The position numbers and the translations under genes are program-made. From a virus (lineage: Duplodnaviria; Caudoviricetes), in the IMG/VR virus record IMGVR_UViG_3300033067_000884, positions 5,650 to 69,649 of that record: a stretch of DNA of 64,000 bases; one strand, 5' to 3'. The notes beneath the pieces were generated by a model. That model had not been told where the DNA came from and did no database searches. It was given only the letters and a program-made list of their open reading frames with translations. Positions 45,798 to 55,419 of the stretch are shown here, in pieces (positions within the stretch are counted from its first letter, which is position 1; each line of letters begins with the position of its first letter).

Positions 45798-46016
45798 TCA
45801 ATTCACGGGGAACTGATCCTTTATGTTTGCACTATTACGCGCAATCTCTTCTTCCAGTAACTTCACTAACTTTGCAATCAGAACAAACTGCCCATGCCCC
45901 GGAATACCAGCATGCGTAAAGTGTTCTGCATACATCACTGCATGGTCAAGTTGACCTAACTCGCGTCTATCAAACTGATCGCGCCAGATATGTATTGCTA
46001 ACGGTTCATCAGACAT
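45798..46016 (-). CDS. hypothetical protein
   Basis: 72-aa ORF after the tail tube gene. Confidence 0.6.
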   Translation of the reverse strand: MSDEPLAIHIWRDQFDRRELGQLDHAVMYAEHFTHAGIPGHGQFVLIAKLVKLLEEEIARNSANIKDQFPVN

Positions 46017-46038
46017 AGATTGTTTCTCTCTATGTTAC

Positions 46039-47289
46039 TTACGGAACGAGTACACCGCCAGTCGGGGCACCCTTATAAATATAGCACTGGTTCGTGCGGC
46101 TTGAGAAGTTAAACGTCACACGGCTATCCTGGCCAACCTGCGCCTGATTCTGCTCCTGCGTGATGTCAAGCTTCGGCAACCACAGCGTCTTTTCTGGGTC
46201 CTTCGTGCGGTCAGCACCGCGCCGATAGACCTTCACAAGCAGACCCCAATCACCGGTACCCAGCTCATTCGGGTCCCAGTTATCACCGCTACCGGCGAGG
46301 TCATTCGATAGAATCTCCTGCACACGGAAGTCACTCTGAATCAAGTCCAGCGTGCCCGTGATATCGGGGATGTCATCGATGTAGCCGACGATCTGCTCAT
46401 TGCCAAGCTCCTGAATCTTTGTGTTCGGGAACTGACCCTGAATAGTACACGTCTGACCACGATACACGCGCTGATTAGCAACGCCGCTCTGCACAAGATA
46501 GACCTCGACGCCCCAACCACGAACGCCCACAGGCTGATCGGGCACTGGCGTATAGCCAGGAGCGACATTCGGGAACTCATATGTATAGTCCCACTGGTCA
46601 GTCAGGTCAGTATGATACGTAATCAGTACAGGCGTACTCGCTGGAACCGACGTAGTATCAAGCTGCACTGATGTAGCACTCTGCGACAGAATGTTATCGT
46701 GCGTAATGTAGCCAAGACCCGAAGCGAAGATAGACAGAATGTACGTGCCATCCTTCAGTACACGCGCAGCGGGCGAGAATGTCATTGTGCCGCTCGAACT
46801 CAGCGTCCCAGTGGCAGTAGCAACATCGTACTTCAACCAGCGCCGGTCAACAGCACTGAACGAGTACTCTTCGGTGGCATCACCGCCAACCGAGTAGTTA
46901 TACGAGAACCGCTCAAGCTTCGCGCCAGGGACGTACAGTGTACGCGCAATATCATTGCTGCTCCCCGCACCCTTGAAGCTCTGAGCCAAACAAACATACT
47001 TAATATCCTGGGCCTCGATGCGTGTGCCCGAAGCCGCCGAAGCCCAGTCAACACCAGCAAGCGTAAACGCAGTGCGGGCACCGACATCGAATGCATTCAC
47101 CGTTGCAGTGACCTCTGGCAAGTCGAAGATACGACCTACAAGCTTATCACTACCCAACTCTTTCACGGGCGTATTTGGCAGGTTCGCACCCACATCAGCA
47201 CGCTGTACGCGACCGAGCCGGAAACGACCAGCAAAGCTGATCGCATCGATGGCTGTCTCTTTATAGTTAATGGAAACTCTTGAAGCCAT
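46039..47289 (-). CDS. major tail tube protein
   Basis: 416 aa, beta-rich, C-ending codon bias typical of highly expressed genes; upstream of chaperone and TMP. Confidence 0.8.
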   Translation of the reverse strand: MASRVSINYKETAIDAISFAGRFRLGRVQRADVGANLPNTPVKELGSDKLVGRIFDLPEVTATVNAFDVGARTAFTLAGVDWASAASGTRIEAQDIKYVCLAQSFKGAGSSNDIARTLYVPGAKLERFSYNYSVGGDATEEYSFSAVDRRWLKYDVATATGTLSSSGTMTFSPAARVLKDGTYILSIFASGLGYITHDNILSQSATSVQLDTTSVPASTPVLITYHTDLTDQWDYTYEFPNVAPGYTPVPDQPVGVRGWGVEVYLVQSGVANQRVYRGQTCTIQGQFPNTKIQELGNEQIVGYIDDIPDITGTLDLIQSDFRVQEILSNDLAGSGDNWDPNELGTGDWGLLVKVYRRGADRTKDPEKTLWLPKLDITQEQNQAQVGQDSRVTFNFSSRTNQCYIYKGAPTGGVLVP

Positions 47290-47305
47290 TTTTATACTAT
47301 CTCCA

Positions 47306-47857
47306 CTATGAATTATTTAATCGGGCATGTATCTTATCTACCAATATTTTGAAGTCAGATAAAGATAAATCTGCTTTGGCTCGGTTGCACAATCGGCAGC
47401 AAGTTACGCAGTTAGATAACTCATACCCGTGAGAATTATCTATTCTATCGATCCCGTTATAGATGTAGTCACCATTTTCATACCCTGATTTCTTAGTATT
47501 CTGAGGTGGCGCACCGCAGTAAAAACATTCATCAGTGGTTAATGACTTGAATTCCTGATCAGCTAGCGAGAACGCAAGACCTTTCCGCTCCGCCCTACAC
47601 TTGTAAGAGTTGTAAACGTTTCTAAATGCTGCCTCGCCAGTGTCCTTCTTTGCCCGCTCTGCTACTGCATCTTTTTGCAGACATCCGCAGCTCAGAGAGT
47701 TGCCGGACGTGAGGGAGTTAGAACGTATAGTGACTGTATTGCCGCAATCGCACATACATTCCCACATAGCAGCGCCAAATCTGTCGCGCATTACAAATCT
47801 TTGTACAAGTAATCGGCCGAATCGCTTGCCTTCTAACAAAAGCCTACGACTAGCCAT
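47306..47857 (-). CDS. freestanding HNH homing endonuclease
   Basis: GKRFGRL...WECMCDCG...SCGC; CFYCG...GIDRIDNSHGYELSNCVTCCRLCNRAK. Confidence 0.88.
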   Translation of the reverse strand: MASRRLLLEGKRFGRLLVQRFVMRDRFGAAMWECMCDCGNTVTIRSNSLTSGNSLSCGCLQKDAVAERAKKDTGEAAFRNVYNSYKCRAERKGLAFSLADQEFKSLTTDECFYCGAPPQNTKKSGYENGDYIYNGIDRIDNSHGYELSNCVTCCRLCNRAKADLSLSDFKILVDKIHARLNNS

Positions 47858-47875
47858 TGAGAAACTCCTATAATG

Positions 47876-48343
47876 TTATAAGCCAAACACATTCACAACA
47901 ACCGTAACTACGCTATTCCAGAAGAACTTCTCCCGGTCTGAGTCGAAATTCGGCATGTCGCGTGCTTGAAAATAGTCACCAAGTTCAGCGTATTGCTCAA
48001 TGAGCGCCCCGCTAGCTGGTATGAATTGAGAAAAGTCAGAGTATATCGGTATCACATTATTATAGACACCGCTACGAAGTATATCTTTCAGCGCATCGCG
48101 CTGTAAACGGGAACGTGCATTGACAACAAATGTGACCGGATATTCAGTGGCGTATGACCCTAGCTCTAACGTTGCATTTGATATATCGCCCATTGTAACT
48201 GCGACACTTGGGTACGCTGCAACTGGGTCATCGACGCGTATACCATATTCTTGCCCATCTATTATCTCAACGCCTGAAGGAACTATCTGGGTAGCGAAGT
48301 ACAGTAAACTTCGATATACTTTTTCGGAAGAATATAGTGACAT
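47876..48343 (-). CDS. tail terminator / tail completion protein
   Basis: 155 aa, YPSVAV motif, position before the tail tube gene. Confidence 0.65.
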   Translation of the reverse strand: MSLYSSEKVYRSLLYFATQIVPSGVEIIDGQEYGIRVDDPVAAYPSVAVTMGDISNATLELGSYATEYPVTFVVNARSRLQRDALKDILRSGVYNNVIPIYSDFSQFIPASGALIEQYAELGDYFQARDMPNFDSDREKFFWNSVVTVVVNVFGL

Positions 48344-49200
48344 TAGAATGGTACTCCAAATGAAAGTATACGAGCAAGGTCAAATGCAGAAATATATTGA
48401 GTACCGATTTTTATGTTTGCATACGCCCATTGTTCCACAGTCAAAATATCATCGGTCGTTATTGTGTCCCTATCAAATACATCATTGATGAACTGCTCAA
48501 AATGCTGCTCATATTCATGTATCAGCGCCGGGACATGGCGTTCGGCATCTTCAATAAAATGAAGCCCAGGAGATATAGGATACCCTTTACCCCCAGTACC
48601 GTAGTTCAATACTGCCCACCAGGGAACTATCTGTACTGTCTCACCATAACGTGTATTACGCGCAAGTATCACATCCTCATACGTTACAATCTCACCCGAC
48701 TTCTTATGTGCTCGGCCTACTATCTTCCCCTTTGGGGAGATAAAAGATGATTGATATGTACGCTGTGTATCGAATAACTTACCCGGTGTATCTACGCGTT
48801 GTTGGAAGGCAACCGGCGCATTGTCATATAACGCCTTCCAATAATTCAGCCGCTTCTCATAGTTACTTGTACTACGCCGAGCGTGGTATCCTGCCTCTTG
48901 CCAGTCGCGTAATGAGCGTGGTGTACCGAGTAGTGAATCATTAAAGATTGTGCCGGTCTGGACATTGATATGTTTATCGGCGTTAAGTATCAGATGGTCA
49001 ATTAGTATCGTGCGTAGTTCAGGTGCCCGTCGTACTTCTACATGTTCTTGTGTCCGAGTATCAACTAGTTCGATTAGGTGATTATACGCTACAGCAAGGG
49101 CAAGCCCAATGAAATAGTTGCCGCCGGAGATCGAGATACGTTTCACGCCTTCTATATGGGTCTTTAGTTCATCGACAACGGCGGCTACTTCTTCAAACAT
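48343..49200 (-). CDS. neck / tail completion protein (HK97 gp10-like)
   Basis: LNYGT...HFIEDA motif and neck position. Confidence 0.55.
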   Translation of the reverse strand: MFEEVAAVVDELKTHIEGVKRISISGGNYFIGLALAVAYNHLIELVDTRTQEHVEVRRAPELRTILIDHLILNADKHINVQTGTIFNDSLLGTPRSLRDWQEAGYHARRSTSNYEKRLNYWKALYDNAPVAFQQRVDTPGKLFDTQRTYQSSFISPKGKIVGRAHKKSGEIVTYEDVILARNTRYGETVQIVPWWAVLNYGTGGKGYPISPGLHFIEDAERHVPALIHEYEQHFEQFINDVFDRDTITTDDILTVEQWAYANIKIGTQYISAFDLARILSFGVPF

Positions 49201-49403
49201 TACTCTTCTACCTTATAGTCTAGTAATCGAAGAATCTGTCTATTGAAATTGTTAAATCCATCAAGAATAATCTTACGGGTTACAGGATCAAGCTTATTCG
49301 CCGCTTCAAGCTGCACAAGTGTGGCCTTGACATGCTTCCCCTTATGATGTTCAATGCTACGCACCAACGCAACATAGTCTTGAATTTCAAGGTTATTGCT
49401 CAT
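49200..49403 (-). CDS. hypothetical protein
   Basis: 67-aa coupled ORF. Confidence 0.6.
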   Translation of the reverse strand: MSNNLEIQDYVALVRSIEHHKGKHVKATLVQLEAANKLDPVTRKIILDGFNNFNRQILRLLDYKVEE

Positions 49404-49410
49404 TGTGTCC

Positions 49411-49869
49411 CTATCCTATTCGCTGCCCTCCTACTGACTCATCTTGTTTCAATACAAGATATACTCTATTTATCGGGGAGCCTTTAAAATACCAGTTATG
49501 TACAACACAGACTCTATTATCAACTATGACAGTTGTTACCTTCTTGAGCAAAGTATCAAGGTCTGCATACATCCCCGGAGAATCAACGGTAAAATTAACA
49601 AGGCAATCACCATCCATGAATTGCCCTTCGGGCCGGTATATCTTTGCGTCACTTCCCTTCCAACGGATATTTGCCACAACATCTTGCGTTAGCGTTGTAT
49701 CAACAGTGCCATTACCACTACACGTTGGACAAAAGGGGTCATTACCTGCACATACCGGACATGTCACGCGCACACTTGCATACTTCAATGTAATTGTACG
49801 CCCGACTGTTTGGATAATAGAATTGATGATATCAAGTTCTACGCTAGGAGATAATGTTGGAAGGTTCAT
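49411..49869 (-). CDS. head closure (stopper) protein with CxxC insert
   Basis: CPVC..D..CPTC.G.G; neck position; start moved to MNLPT. Confidence 0.65.
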   Translation of the reverse strand: MNLPTLSPSVELDIINSIIQTVGRTITLKYASVRVTCPVCAGNDPFCPTCSGNGTVDTTLTQDVVANIRWKGSDAKIYRPEGQFMDGDCLVNFTVDSPGMYADLDTLLKKVTTVIVDNRVCVVHNWYFKGSPINRVYLVLKQDESVGGQRIG

Positions 49870-51076
49870 TATTACTTGACAATACTTTCTTGAATACAGT
49901 ATCAAACTGCTTTGCTACAGCCGCCCAAGAAAAGCGCGGGTCTTTGGCAACTTCTAACGCCTTCTGCCCCATTACCTTACGGTAGTTAGCGTCATAGTAC
50001 ATTCTATTCAGTCCGGCGACAAATGCATCTTTATCAGCAATGCCGCCGATTGTATTTAGCCCGCCGCTATTTGCCTGTTCGCCAGTACACGGTATCAGTA
50101 GTGCCCCGTCTTTAGCCCACTCAGCAAGAGCTGACCAATCAGGAGCAATCTGTGGGACACCACACGCCATGCCCTCATGCTGCGTTAGTCCCCAGCCTTC
50201 ACCGAGCGTTGTTGTGACTTGCACATCAAACGCGTTATATATGAACTTCAACATATTGCGTGGAATACCCACAGCAGTAGTCATGTTCGGGTCAGTAATA
50301 ATCATACGCTCACCGATACCATAGTAATCAGCAAGCTGTAGAATATTCCAACCCACATCTTGTAGCGCGCCGTGATAATAGAACTTAACCGTCTCAGGCT
50401 TGTCTTTCGCAAACTCAGCAAAGTATTGCAATGCTAGGTCTAATCGCTTTCGCGGCTGATTTCTATTAACGCACCCAACAACAAACCAATCCGGCTGAAT
50501 AATACTAAGTTTATCACGGGCCGCTTTACTAGTCATCGGCGTAAAATCTCTGAGATCAACACCGTGAGGAATGATAGATGTATTACTAATCGTTAGCCCA
50601 CTCTTGCGTGCTTCATCAAGACCGAACTGGGTATAAAAGATTGCATGTTCAAGGTCATTCAGCTTATACATAAAGTCCGGCTGAATGTTCTTCCCATCAA
50701 TCGGCATATACGCAACTCTGTGCGTGAACGCATCAATGCCGTTAATCGTAGCAACCGGCGTTCGTAGTGGGTCCATATAATCACGTACAAGCCACGGGTC
50801 ATTCACAATACATGTGATATGCGGCTTAATTCTCCTCAATAAATCGGGGATACGCTTGATACCAAATACATCGCCACCAATAGGTGCCGGATAGATAGGG
50901 TACTTATACGGATGTGGGTCACCGAAGTAATTAACGCCCAGTACACTTACATCATATGAATCTTGCAGATGGTCTAATACGCTATGGCAAACTGTCGCAA
51001 ATCCAGTATGAGCAACAGCATCGCCAATCCAAAGAAGTCTCGGCTTCTCTTTTACGACTCTTCCCTTACTTGGCAT
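49844..51076 (-). CDS. glycosyltransferase family 4 (GT-B)
   Basis: HGVD, VGCVNRNQPRKRLD, EGWGLTQHEGMACGVP. Confidence 0.92.
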   Translation of the reverse strand: MPSKGRVVKEKPRLLWIGDAVAHTGFATVCHSVLDHLQDSYDVSVLGVNYFGDPHPYKYPIYPAPIGGDVFGIKRIPDLLRRIKPHITCIVNDPWLVRDYMDPLRTPVATINGIDAFTHRVAYMPIDGKNIQPDFMYKLNDLEHAIFYTQFGLDEARKSGLTISNTSIIPHGVDLRDFTPMTSKAARDKLSIIQPDWFVVGCVNRNQPRKRLDLALQYFAEFAKDKPETVKFYYHGALQDVGWNILQLADYYGIGERMIITDPNMTTAVGIPRNMLKFIYNAFDVQVTTTLGEGWGLTQHEGMACGVPQIAPDWSALAEWAKDGALLIPCTGEQANSGGLNTIGGIADKDAFVAGLNRMYYDANYRKVMGQKALEVAKDPRFSWAAVAKQFDTVFKKVLSSNNEPSNIIS

Positions 51077-51091
51077 AGTTAGTGCCTCCCT

Positions 51092-51661
51092 TTATATTAA
51101 GAAGTTTGTAAAATCTCCACGTACAACCGGCGCTCTACGTACTTTGAAGTAGGCGTTTAATTCAGCCCACGCATTACTACTCAAATCGGACATTATCTTA
51201 GACGATGCTACATTACTATAGCTATATTCCCCATCAGACCAATTCACAAATGTTTGCTGAGAACTAGATAAACTAGAATCACGTAGGAATATCATAGCTG
51301 CCAAGATAATTGGATATTCATCAGGCTGCGATATAACCGATGTACTTGGGTCAGTAAACGTTTGAAAAGGATTACGAAAGACATCATTCGCGGCTAAACC
51401 GGATGGGATAACATTGTACCCGTCAGGTAATGCGACATAGACATAGCCCGCCGGTACGCCATCTGGCTGTGGGGTGACAAGCATCGAATCAGTATAGACT
51501 TGATACCGACGCTGCCATTTACTTTGTAAGAATTTAATACCCGATATCAACGCTGTGCGTACAAGTGTATCGCTAAAGACCACACTATTTAAATCGCCTA
51601 TCCGTAGACGTACATCAGGTATAAGATAATCAATATTACCGGAGGCTGTCACTAGACTCAT
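51092..51661 (-). CDS. head-tail adaptor protein
   Basis: VRLRIGD...FSD, WSDGEYSYS; position after the capsid genes. Confidence 0.7.
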   Translation of the reverse strand: MSLVTASGNIDYLIPDVRLRIGDLNSVVFSDTLVRTALISGIKFLQSKWQRRYQVYTDSMLVTPQPDGVPAGYVYVALPDGYNVIPSGLAANDVFRNPFQTFTDPSTSVISQPDEYPIILAAMIFLRDSSLSSSQQTFVNWSDGEYSYSNVASSKIMSDLSSNAWAELNAYFKVRRAPVVRGDFTNFLI

Positions 51662-51668
51662 TCTGTTC

Positions 51669-52142
51669 CTACTTTACTGTTTCGAGTCGTTGTCTAATAA
51701 GTTCAAGTGTCTTAGCAGGTCTGCCAATCTCTTCCGCAGATTTCAGGATACGCTGAACAGTTACAGCACTGGTGAAATCCAGAAGCCGTGTCTTGAGTGA
51801 GTTAATGTTTGAGATACGGGCTACTTCCTCAATCTCAGCATCAGTCAACATATTCGTTGTATCGAGTGCAGGAGCCTCTTCAAGATATTCCTTGAGGAAG
51901 CCTTGCTCAAAGAGCTTACGATTAAGCTGGCGTAATGCACGATCTTCGCGGGACGTATATACCTCTAGTACTTCATCGTCATAAACGAACTTCGTTTGGT
52001 CGCTGGTTTCTAAGATGAATCCTACCTCATGTTCCCCACGCGAATCAAATCGAATGCCGCCGACTTTTGACGGAATCGTTTTTACATATTTCTTAACCGG
52101 GGGTTCAATATTGACGAGGTAAATATTATTAACGCTTGACAT
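51669..52142 (-). CDS. hypothetical protein
   Basis: 157 aa after the major capsid gene; SD AAAGGA. Confidence 0.7.
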   Translation of the reverse strand: MSSVNNIYLVNIEPPVKKYVKTIPSKVGGIRFDSRGEHEVGFILETSDQTKFVYDDEVLEVYTSREDRALRQLNRKLFEQGFLKEYLEEAPALDTTNMLTDAEIEEVARISNINSLKTRLLDFTSAVTVQRILKSAEEIGRPAKTLELIRQRLETVK

Positions 52143-52159
52143 CGTTATATATCCTTTAT

Positions 52160-52199
52160 AAAAAGAAGAGGCGAGTAGAGCATCACTACCCTACTCGCC
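52160..52199 (-). terminator. intrinsic terminator after the major capsid gene
   Basis: GGCGAGTAGGGTA-GTGA-TGCTCTACTCGCC followed by TCTTCTTTTT. Confidence 0.88.
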
Positions 52200-52208
52200 A
52201 AATCAATA

Positions 52209-53159
52209 CTACTGAATCTTGATGATACCGACGCTCTCAGGCTGGTCAATGACCATACCAAAGCCGCGCCACATCGACATTGCAAACTCCGGTGGTTCAG
52301 TCTTGTCGTCGGTGTACTCCTGAGTCGTAACATCGCCGTACTGAATAATCTCACCAGCATTCGCGCCAATAACATGAATCTCATTCGAGGGCAGCAGCGG
52401 CGTATTATAGCCATCCGCTGTTCGCTTGAAAATCTGCGGCAGCTCAACCAGAGGAATACCACGGAAATCAGTCAATCGACCAGTCCGCTTCCACTGCTCA
52501 AGGATCGAGTTGACAGCAAACGCATTCGGGTTCGAAGTCGTGCCATCAGCAAGAGTCTTATGCTCGAAGATACCGTTGAACTTGTAGATCGGCAGCAGGG
52601 CAGCGCGAGTACCGATAATGGCACGCACATCGCCAGCCTTCAGCAGAACCTGCTCAACCATATTCTCAAGCGCGGTCTCAGTAATCGCTGAGGTACTCAG
52701 GTAGTTGCTCGGCGTATTACTCGCCGTCCATGTCGTACCAATCAGCGTAAAGACGCGAGTTACCAGCTCGTCAATAAGAGCCGACGCCATCTCCCGGCGC
52801 AGGTCATCTACCGACCAAAGCTCAGCCCGCTGAAGCTCCCACATACTATACCGAACCTTAGCAATAAGGTAATCGATCTGATACGTATAGGTTTCCTTCG
52901 GGAAGGTCATCTGATCGGCAAGGTGGTTTGTACCCGGCACCATCGTGCGGGCCTTAATGCCACCGTACGTATTCAGCTTCTTAACAAGGACATCACCAAC
53001 CTGAAGCTGGCGAGTCGGCAAGAAGGTGTTAAAGACATCCAGCGTCAGGCGGTTCGGCGTAACAGTCTCATAAATCAACTGTGCCAAAGCCTTTGTACCG
53101 GCAGGCGTATGAACTTCACGCAGAATAGAAGCCAGAGCCTTCTGTTGTTCCTGATTCAT
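52209..53159 (-). CDS. major capsid protein (HK97 fold)
   Basis: 316 aa after protease and decoration genes; highly-expressed codon bias; strong terminator follows. Confidence 0.82.
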   Translation of the reverse strand: MNQEQQKALASILREVHTPAGTKALAQLIYETVTPNRLTLDVFNTFLPTRQLQVGDVLVKKLNTYGGIKARTMVPGTNHLADQMTFPKETYTYQIDYLIAKVRYSMWELQRAELWSVDDLRREMASALIDELVTRVFTLIGTTWTASNTPSNYLSTSAITETALENMVEQVLLKAGDVRAIIGTRAALLPIYKFNGIFEHKTLADGTTSNPNAFAVNSILEQWKRTGRLTDFRGIPLVELPQIFKRTADGYNTPLLPSNEIHVIGANAGEIIQYGDVTTQEYTDDKTEPPEFAMSMWRGFGMVIDQPESVGIIKIQ

Positions 53160-53173
53160 CTATCTAGCTCCTA

Positions 53174-53734
53174 TTATACCGTGCGCTGATCAAGCACAAT
53201 AGTCAGGTGACCATTATCTGCTCGATACTCACGAACCCACCCGACAACGTTGGAACTTGACGCCTGGAACTTACCGTTTGCACCAACTTGCACCTTCTGA
53301 CCCACATTGTGAATAGCCGCGCTATCAACAAAGTTACCAGCGGTAAGTGTATACGCGCCTCCCTGATGCAGTTGAACCATCCAACCACTATACAGAGTAG
53401 GCTCATCCAGAAGCGACGGGCCGACAAGATATGCCGGGCCGCGCTGACCACTCTCGATCAGATACGGCTGTAGACCAGTGGTGTACAGTGCCGTATTGTC
53501 GCTGAATGTAGTCTGGGAATTGCGATTGAAGAACCCCTTCCATGTGGGTCGCGGGAACTGGTCAGGAGTCGCCAGCGCAACGAACACGTTCGTAGCACCC
53601 GACGCAGCCAATAGAACTGTCGGGAGATCGTAATGCAAACCAGACGCGCTGATTGACACTGCACACCCTTCAGTAATATCCTGCCCAAGCACACCGCCAG
53701 TCACAAAGGGTCCACCCATTGCTACAAAGGCCAT
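53174..53734 (-). CDS. capsid decoration / cement protein
   Basis: 186 aa between protease and major capsid genes; VGQKVQVGANGK...VGWV beta-tulip-like pattern. Confidence 0.7.
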   Translation of the reverse strand: MAFVAMGGPFVTGGVLGQDITEGCAVSISASGLHYDLPTVLLAASGATNVFVALATPDQFPRPTWKGFFNRNSQTTFSDNTALYTTGLQPYLIESGQRGPAYLVGPSLLDEPTLYSGWMVQLHQGGAYTLTAGNFVDSAAIHNVGQKVQVGANGKFQASSSNVVGWVREYRADNGHLTIVLDQRTV

Positions 53735-53755
53735 GTTTGATACCTCTTAAAATTG

Positions 53756-54772
53756 TTACTTATTACCACGCAGAGCCTTCGCAAGCCCTGAGATATCGGT
53801 AGAAAAATCGTTACCGCTGACAATCGGGTCAGGGAAACCGCCAAAACGGGTACTCGCTGTCTGCTTGCTCTTTGACGCCACAGCAACGAGCGATTCGGAA
53901 TATGTCTTAAATTGGTCGTCGCTAAGACCGGCGATGAAATCAGCTTTCGCGTCAAACTCCTCGCCAGCCAACACAGACTTCAAGGTCTCGCGCCGGGTTG
54001 TCAGCACCGCTGCACGCGCCTGCTCTGCCTCATAATCGCTCTTAAACTTACGCAGTTCATCAAGCTCAGATGTCAGAGCAGCTACGTCTGGGCTAATCTC
54101 AGGCTCGGTAACCGGCTCAACCGGCTTGGCAAGCGCATCGACCCGCTCAGTCAGTGCAGCAACCTGCTGCTTTAGCTCTTCCACTGGGTCCATAGGTTCA
54201 ATACCCCCATCATGCGAAAGCTGATCAGTTAGTGATGCAACCTGTCGCTCAAGTTCTTTGATTCGTTCTGTTGTATCTTCTGCTGCCATAGCGAGAAGAG
54301 GAGTTCTACCACCATACGCTGGATTAGCGACGATAGTAGTTGCCGCGACTACACAGCCTGTAAACCATGTAGTACCGGCGTCATCTACATAATGGTCATC
54401 ATGATAAAGTTCCCATGAAAAGTGAACGCCACCATCACTTGCACTGGCCTTTTCTAAATGCCCGGCAAGTTCAGGAAACTCATCTTTGTAAAGAACCGCA
54501 CGTCCTATGACCTGATCGCCACGCGATTCCATATCAGTGATATGCCCGACAGGAAGTGAGAAGGAGTGGTCGCCTAATTTGCCTCGGCGGAAATCAGCCT
54601 TGACAGGTTGATCAATGCCGGTGCGGATTAGATTCTCTACCTCAGTCGGGGGGACGCCTTGCTTGTTCTTATTAGGGAGGAAATCCGTGAAAACAAATTC
54701 GAGATTTGTCTGCAAAGGGTTCTTTTCGCTTGCAATAGCTTTTAGACGACCTTCAAGTGTGGTTTTTTCCAT
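53756..54772 (-). CDS. prohead protease fused to scaffold
   Basis: NKNKQG, GDH..PVGHI, FSWEL; C-terminal coiled coil. Confidence 0.8.
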   Translation of the reverse strand: MEKTTLEGRLKAIASEKNPLQTNLEFVFTDFLPNKNKQGVPPTEVENLIRTGIDQPVKADFRRGKLGDHSFSLPVGHITDMESRGDQVIGRAVLYKDEFPELAGHLEKASASDGGVHFSWELYHDDHYVDDAGTTWFTGCVVAATTIVANPAYGGRTPLLAMAAEDTTERIKELERQVASLTDQLSHDGGIEPMDPVEELKQQVAALTERVDALAKPVEPVTEPEISPDVAALTSELDELRKFKSDYEAEQARAAVLTTRRETLKSVLAGEEFDAKADFIAGLSDDQFKTYSESLVAVASKSKQTASTRFGGFPDPIVSGNDFSTDISGLAKALRGNK

Positions 54773-54776
54773 GTAC

Positions 54777-55019
54777 TTACACTCGCGTACTTTTCCACGA
54801 ACTACCCGTCCAATCAGGTAGTGCAGCTCGTTGGGAAAGAATGTTATCTTCGATATATTTCCGCATATCTTCTTGTGTCAACAGTTCTTTGCTATCGGCC
54901 ACGACAATATATGTATGTGCGTCATTTTCAGGGTCATCAGATGTGAATACATCTACAGTTAAAATGCAACGTTGTATCATTGGTTGAAAAACAGAATCGA
55001 TAATTCTAATGACAGCCAT
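54777..55019 (-). CDS. hypothetical protein
   Basis: 80-aa ORF. Confidence 0.6.
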   Translation of the reverse strand: MAVIRIIDSVFQPMIQRCILTVDVFTSDDPENDAHTYIVVADSKELLTQEDMRKYIEDNILSQRAALPDWTGSSWKSTRV

Positions 55020-55036
55020 AATAGCAATTGCTCCTT

Positions 55037-55243
55037 TTACGCTAATCCTTCAACTTGCGTTGGACGCCGCCGACGTTTACTCTTATCTCGCAGCTTTGAT
55101 TCCATATTCCGCTCATTGTGATGCTTGATAAGTACCGGCGATTTGATTTTACCAATACGCACAACTGAACAATCTGAACAGAATGTTTCGTGGCGGCTAA
55201 TGAATAGTTCACCACATCCCTCACATACTTGCGTGAGTACCAT
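55037..55243 (-). CDS. small zinc-ribbon protein
   Basis: CEGC...CSDC; SD TAGGAG. Confidence 0.65.
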   Translation of the reverse strand: MVLTQVCEGCGELFISRHETFCSDCSVVRIGKIKSPVLIKHHNERNMESKLRDKSKRRRRPTQVEGLA

Positions 55244-55264
55244 ATATACTAATGCTCCTATGAT

Positions 55265-55293
55265 TTGACAAAGCTTGACACATCTGGTATAAT
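55265..55293 (+). promoter_or_regulatory. consensus sigma70 promoter with tandem TTGACA
   Basis: TTGACA aagcTTGACAcatctgg TATAAT (17 bp). Confidence 0.85.
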
Positions 55294-55419
55294 GTTACGG
55301 ATCACTTCAAGAATAAAGGAGTGATCTCGATAACGTGTATTCATATTAAATGTTAATAAGACTTAATTCCGCATTGGTAAGTCCTATTAACATTATAGAT
55401 AGAGAGTCAAAATAAATTT

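Noticed and set aside
46699-47283. 194-aa plus-strand ORF, and the many other plus-strand ORFs in 1-55 kb
   Set aside because: Antisense shadows of well-supported minus-strand genes; no SD or motifs; they reflect codon bias of the real genes
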